DNA of 64,000 bases from an uncultured Pseudomonadota bacterium (lineage in GTDB: Bacteria > Myxococcota_A > Polyangia > Fen-1088), in the NCBI GenBank assembly GCA_963847705.1, contig CAWKBC010000035.1:1-64000 (forward strand), written 5' to 3'. Shown here in pieces: positions 60,809 to 64,000 of the stretch. Made by a program: the position numbers and the translations under genes. The notes under the pieces were generated by a model. That model ran no database searches. It was given only the letters and a program-made list of their open reading frames with translations, and was not told where the DNA came from. Every line of letters begins with the position of its first letter. The first letter of the stretch is position 1.

Positions 60809-61108
60809 CTACAGCTTGCCGCGCGGCGAGCGCTCGCCGGCCTCCCGTCGGGCGGCGTGCTCTTCGGAGGCCGCCTCGATGTCCTCGTCGTCCCCATCAC
60901 CAGCGTCCCGGGGCTTGGAGACCTGCGGCTGCTCGTCCAGGGAAGGGTGATGCAGACGGCGACTCTCCACGTCGGCGCGAACAGGGGCACTGCCCTCCGC
61001 ACGGTCGGCGGCACGTTCCGCTTGGTCGCCCGGTTTTTCCTCCACGGCGTCACCTTTCCAGTGCGATGGCTGCTCCCTGCTGGCCTTCTTGCCGCTCTTC
61101 TTCGCCAT
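60809..61108 (-). CDS. Small hydrophilic/acidic hypothetical protein
   Basis: MAKKSGKKAS..., 99 aa, low complexity. Confidence 0.5.
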   Translation of the reverse strand: MAKKSGKKASREQPSHWKGDAVEEKPGDQAERAADRAEGSAPVRADVESRRLHHPSLDEQPQVSKPRDAGDGDDEDIEAASEEHAARREAGERSPRGKL

Positions 61109-61215
61109 GCCCGGAAGCTGTCCACCCGAGCAGAGTTCGTCAACTCGTGCCCCTCCGGGTCGAACCAGGTCGGCCGGGTTGCCGACCACGGCCGGCGGTC
61201 CTAAGCTCGAAGCCC

Positions 61216-61458
61216 ATGGGGCACCTCATGGACCGCTGCGATGTGATCGACGTGCTGGAAGAATCGGTGACGTTGCGCCGGCCGGTCACGGTCGAGCTGA
61301 AGGGGGGCAAACACTTCGTCGATCAACCGAAGGACGTCGTGACCGCCGACCACCGCGAGTGGGTGCAGTTCCACCAGCACGAGCAGATCGCCGTCGACGA
61401 CATCGCCTTCTGCGCGCCGGCGTCGCCGCCCGAGGCGACCTACCGCGGCAAGACCTAG
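61216..61458 (+). CDS. Rof/YaeO-like (Rho-binding antiterminator-like) small protein
   Basis: CDVIDVLE..VTVELKGG..KDVVT..REW..IAVDDI matches the remembered Rof pattern CD.YD.LE..L.LEL..G..A.D....EY..RLD.I. Confidence 0.55.
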   Translation: MGHLMDRCDVIDVLEESVTLRRPVTVELKGGKHFVDQPKDVVTADHREWVQFHQHEQIAVDDIAFCAPASPPEATYRGKT

Positions 61459-61473
61459 GTCCGGTTCAACCAG

Positions 61474-61615
61474 CGACCAGCGTGGGACGGTCCGAAACGA
61501 CCAGCATGGGACGGTCCGAAACGACCAGCATGGGACGGTCCGAAACGACCAGCATGGGACGGTCCGAAACGACCAGCATGGGACGGTCCGAAACGACCAG
61601 CGTTGGACGGTCCGA
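61474..61615. repeat. 6 x 24-bp intergenic tandem repeat
   Basis: cgaccagc[a/g]t[g/t]ggacggtccgaaa, contiguous, no spacers. Confidence 0.95.
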
Positions 61616-61735
61616 GGTGATGCAGGTGTGGCCGCGGCGGAGCTCGAACCACTGCCCCCGCGTCGTATATCGGTGAGCGTGCCAGAGGCACAGCCAGGCG
61701 TTGCATTTTCGGGCATGAGGACCACTCTTGCGTGG

Positions 61736-62206
61736 ATGCGTGCATTTCACGGGCGTCTCATCGGTGCCACCTGCTTGCTTGCTTCGGCGTCGTTCGGATG
61801 CACGCGTGCGTCCGAAAGCTCGACGCCTGGCGCAGCAGGGACGGCCGGGAGCGTCGTGCGCGACGACATGAGAGGCGTGGCCAAAACGACCGAGAAGACG
61901 GCGAAAGACATCGGCCACGCCGCCGTCGACCTCGCCGACAAGGCGGGCAGCGGCCTCCAGGACGCGACCCACAAAGCCAGCGCCGGCGGCCAGGACGCCT
62001 GGATCACGACAAAGGTCAAAAGCGCGCTGACGAGCGATGGCTTGGACCCCCTCCACATCCACGTCGACACCGACGCCGAGGTCGTCACGCTCTCCGGTTC
62101 CGTCGATTCGGCGGCCAACAGAGAGAAGGCGGTCAGCGTGGCCAGGCACGTCACTGGCGTGCTCGGGGTGAAGGACCACCTGTTCGTAAAGCCCGATACC
62201 CGTTAG
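61736..62206 (+). CDS. BON-domain (OsmY-like) lipoprotein
   Basis: Lipobox SFGC; DAWITTKVKSAL..IHVDT..VVTLSG.V..AVSVAR.VTGV..VKDHL. Confidence 0.88.
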   Translation: MRAFHGRLIGATCLLASASFGCTRASESSTPGAAGTAGSVVRDDMRGVAKTTEKTAKDIGHAAVDLADKAGSGLQDATHKASAGGQDAWITTKVKSALTSDGLDPLHIHVDTDAEVVTLSGSVDSAANREKAVSVARHVTGVLGVKDHLFVKPDTR

Positions 62207-62254
62207 GCGCCGCGAAGGCCCGGTGCTGTGCCCAGTTCAGATGACTTCGACTTG

Positions 62255-62296
62255 TGGGCGCGGCGGGACTCGAACCCACTACCCCCGGCTTCGGAG
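62255..62296 (-). tRNA. 3' half of tRNA-Arg(CCG): att-site remnant, not a complete tRNA
   Basis: Minus strand CTCCGAA-GCCGG-GGGTA-GTGGG-TTCGAGT-CCCGC-CGCGCCC-A (anticodon loop to acceptor). The 5' half is absent. Confidence 0.8.
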
Positions 62297-62479
62297 TTAT
62301 CGAAAATCCATCAGCAACGCGTTGCAAGCGTTAGCAAGGGCGCGACAGTATTGCATTTACTTGGCGCGTCAGAGCTTGACCAGTTGCAGCAACAAGCACC
62401 GTTTAGCAGTCCGTTTGCTACATCTGTGCTACAGGCGGCTGTAGCAAATCGAGCCGGGGGTAGTGGGTCTGGGGGACCC

Positions 62480-62644
62480 TTGCTGACCGTGCGGGAGGTG
62501 GCCGAGCGGCTACGCGTCTGTACCGCGACGGTGTACCGACTGTGCGAGTCGGGAAGGCTCTGGCACCTCCGCGTCTCGAACGCCGTGCGGGTGCCAGAGA
62601 TGGCGCTACAGGCGTTAATGGGCCCGACGGCGCCTGGTCCATAG
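62480..62644 (+). CDS. Excisionase-like HTH_17 protein
   Basis: LLTVREVAERLRVCTATVYRLCESGRL..RVSNAVRVP. True start uncertain. Confidence 0.75.
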   Translation: MLTVREVAERLRVCTATVYRLCESGRLWHLRVSNAVRVPEMALQALMGPTAPGP

Positions 62645-62776
62645 CTAAGACGGCTGAGAGGCGGCGACCACCCGACTATCGTTCCCTGTCGGGAAGGTAG
62701 AGGGCACGAAGCACCTCCTCAATCTGCTGCAGCGTCCAGGGCTTCAGCATGCCTGAATTCTAGTACGCTGCCCCTC

Positions 62777-63499
62777 ATGGGCGACGTAGATCAGGAATCG
62801 TTTTCGGGCGTGCCGAACGCGGTCCTGGACACGAATGTCGGCCTCACGATCTATTCGTGGCACGACCTGCTCGATGCGCTGAGGGCGCTCTTGGACCAAG
62901 ACCAGAACGCGACGCTGGCGCACCCGGCCCTTGAATTTCGGCGACGACGGGCACGCAACGCCTTCTTGCTGGCTCTGTTTTTTCACCAAAACGAGTGGAA
63001 GGCCCTCGTGCCACTCAACGAGTTGCTTAGGATTCTGCTTGCGAAGGTGCCCCCGACCGGCGCCGAGCACGGCTACAAGTCCAACTTTGTCCGGCTGTAC
63101 CTGTACTTCGTCAAAGACAAGCTACTGTCAGGATGGGAAGCGGGCGGAGACCTCAACAGCGATGCGACCCTCAAGGGCAGCGATGTCGACCGGCTCTGCC
63201 TCGACCTGGCGGCACACCACCAGATCCCGCTCATCAGTTGGGAGGGCGACGGGCCTACCGGCCCCGATCCTTCTAAGCTGATCCCTCGCGAAGCGAGGGC
63301 GCGAGGGATCAATCTGGTCACACCGGAGGAGCTGTTGCTAAGGCACAAATTCGACCCGGCCCCGGCTGCCGCCCGGTTTCTCTCAGACTGGGACCGACAC
63401 GTGGCCGACTACGTATCGGAAAGCCCAGATGCGCGAGAAACGCTGGAATACGCTCGCCCGTTTTTCCAACGCTTGGCAGAGAACGATTGGACACCCTGA
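62777..63499 (+). CDS. PIN-domain-like protein
   Basis: AVLDTNV at the N-terminus, LNELL, DVDRLCLDLA..IPLISWE, INLVTPEE. Confidence 0.6.
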   Translation: MGDVDQESFSGVPNAVLDTNVGLTIYSWHDLLDALRALLDQDQNATLAHPALEFRRRRARNAFLLALFFHQNEWKALVPLNELLRILLAKVPPTGAEHGYKSNFVRLYLYFVKDKLLSGWEAGGDLNSDATLKGSDVDRLCLDLAAHHQIPLISWEGDGPTGPDPSKLIPREARARGINLVTPEELLLRHKFDPAPAAARFLSDWDRHVADYVSESPDARETLEYARPFFQRLAENDWTP

Positions 63500-63500
63500 C

Positions 63501-63911
63501 TTATCGGGAGAGGCGCCGCTTCAGCTGTAGACGCGATCCCAGGTCTTCTTCTATCTGAAGTCCGCACGCCTGAAGCATGCTTGCGACGAGAGCGCGTCGT
63601 TCCTCGAAGCGATCGAACACGTCGTCATTCACCTTCCGACATCGGCGGACGTAGCGCTTCAACTGTTCCAGGGGCATCGCTTCAACGAGGGAGCGGTGAA
63701 GCACGACGTGCCTAGAGTTCGAGTTCCCGAAAGATCGCAGCGCGAGAGAATCCGCCACCGTCGAAAGATCCGTCCTGCTCGGGTCATCGAGGGGCATGGC
63801 GACGAGCGCGCGCGTCGGATGGACCGGCAGAGCCGCTCCAACTCCCAACCCGGAAAGGCAGCGGTGATCGGTGAAATAGACCGAGAAGATGCCTGTGGAG
63901 GGCACCGCCAT
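63501..63911 (-). CDS. Hypothetical protein (element cargo)
   Basis: 136-aa ATG ORF convergent with the PIN-like gene, no recognised motif. Confidence 0.4.
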   Translation of the reverse strand: MAVPSTGIFSVYFTDHRCLSGLGVGAALPVHPTRALVAMPLDDPSRTDLSTVADSLALRSFGNSNSRHVVLHRSLVEAMPLEQLKRYVRRCRKVNDDVFDRFEERRALVASMLQACGLQIEEDLGSRLQLKRRLSR

Positions 63912-64000
63912 AGGGGTCGACGCGACTACTAGACTTAGCGAGACTTGCTCGAGGTATTGGCGAACAAACTCGTCGATCTCATCGAGTGGCCACGTGGCTA

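Larger units (their letters stand above)
62255..64000. mobile_element. End of an integrative element/prophage inserted in tRNA-Arg(CCG)
   Basis: tRNA 3' duplication, drop in GC after ~62296, repeated TGCTACA arm-like sites, excisionase-like HTH, accessory genes. Confidence 0.75.

Noticed and set aside
61474-61615. CRISPR array
   Set aside because: Repeats are contiguous with no unique spacers, and there are no cas genes in the window.
62255-62296. Functional tRNA gene
   Set aside because: The D-arm and the 5' acceptor and anticodon strands are missing; only the 3' half is present.

Overview
High-GC chromosomal window. Gene content (GTGG-repeat lipoproteins, Ser/Thr kinase, FHA, PilZ, ECF-caspase module) suggests a myxobacterium, probably Polyangia; this is inference. 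Left to right: (1-8.7 kb) a cellodextrin-use cluster with GH94 cellobiose phosphorylase, CBM11-like lipoprotein, putative OM barrel, TolB-like lipoprotein and GH1; (8.7-24 kb) surface and housekeeping genes (C-type lectin, maeB, M23, WD40/TPR, glgB, miaB, SF1 helicase, PilZ); (24.4-31.4 kb) an ECF sigma/anti-sigma/caspase module flanked by two paralogous lipoproteins, plus a kinase; (32-55.4 kb) a surface-polysaccharide locus; (55-62 kb) trehalose/stress genes; (62.25 kb to end) the edge of an element integrated at tRNA-Arg(CCG). The main candidate novel system lies inside the polysaccharide locus (37.3-47.2 kb). Two short peptide genes have an identical 21-aa C-terminus (EFKIEIRKLEVPVRPRGVLAE) and differ there only by three synonymous changes. 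They sit with two RRE-like/heme-oxygenase-like diiron oxidase fusions, a transglutaminase/papain-like protein, an adenylate-forming ligase, an ACP, a double alpha/beta-hydrolase, an alcohol dehydrogenase and a citramalate synthase. This looks like a RiPP/scaffold-peptide pathway that may supply an acyl unit for glycan decoration. Three apparent frameshifts (kinase, cimA, transglutaminase-like gene) are each repaired by removing one base to restore a GATC site, which points to a methylation-linked sequencing artefact. All family assignments come from motif recognition only; no database searches were run.
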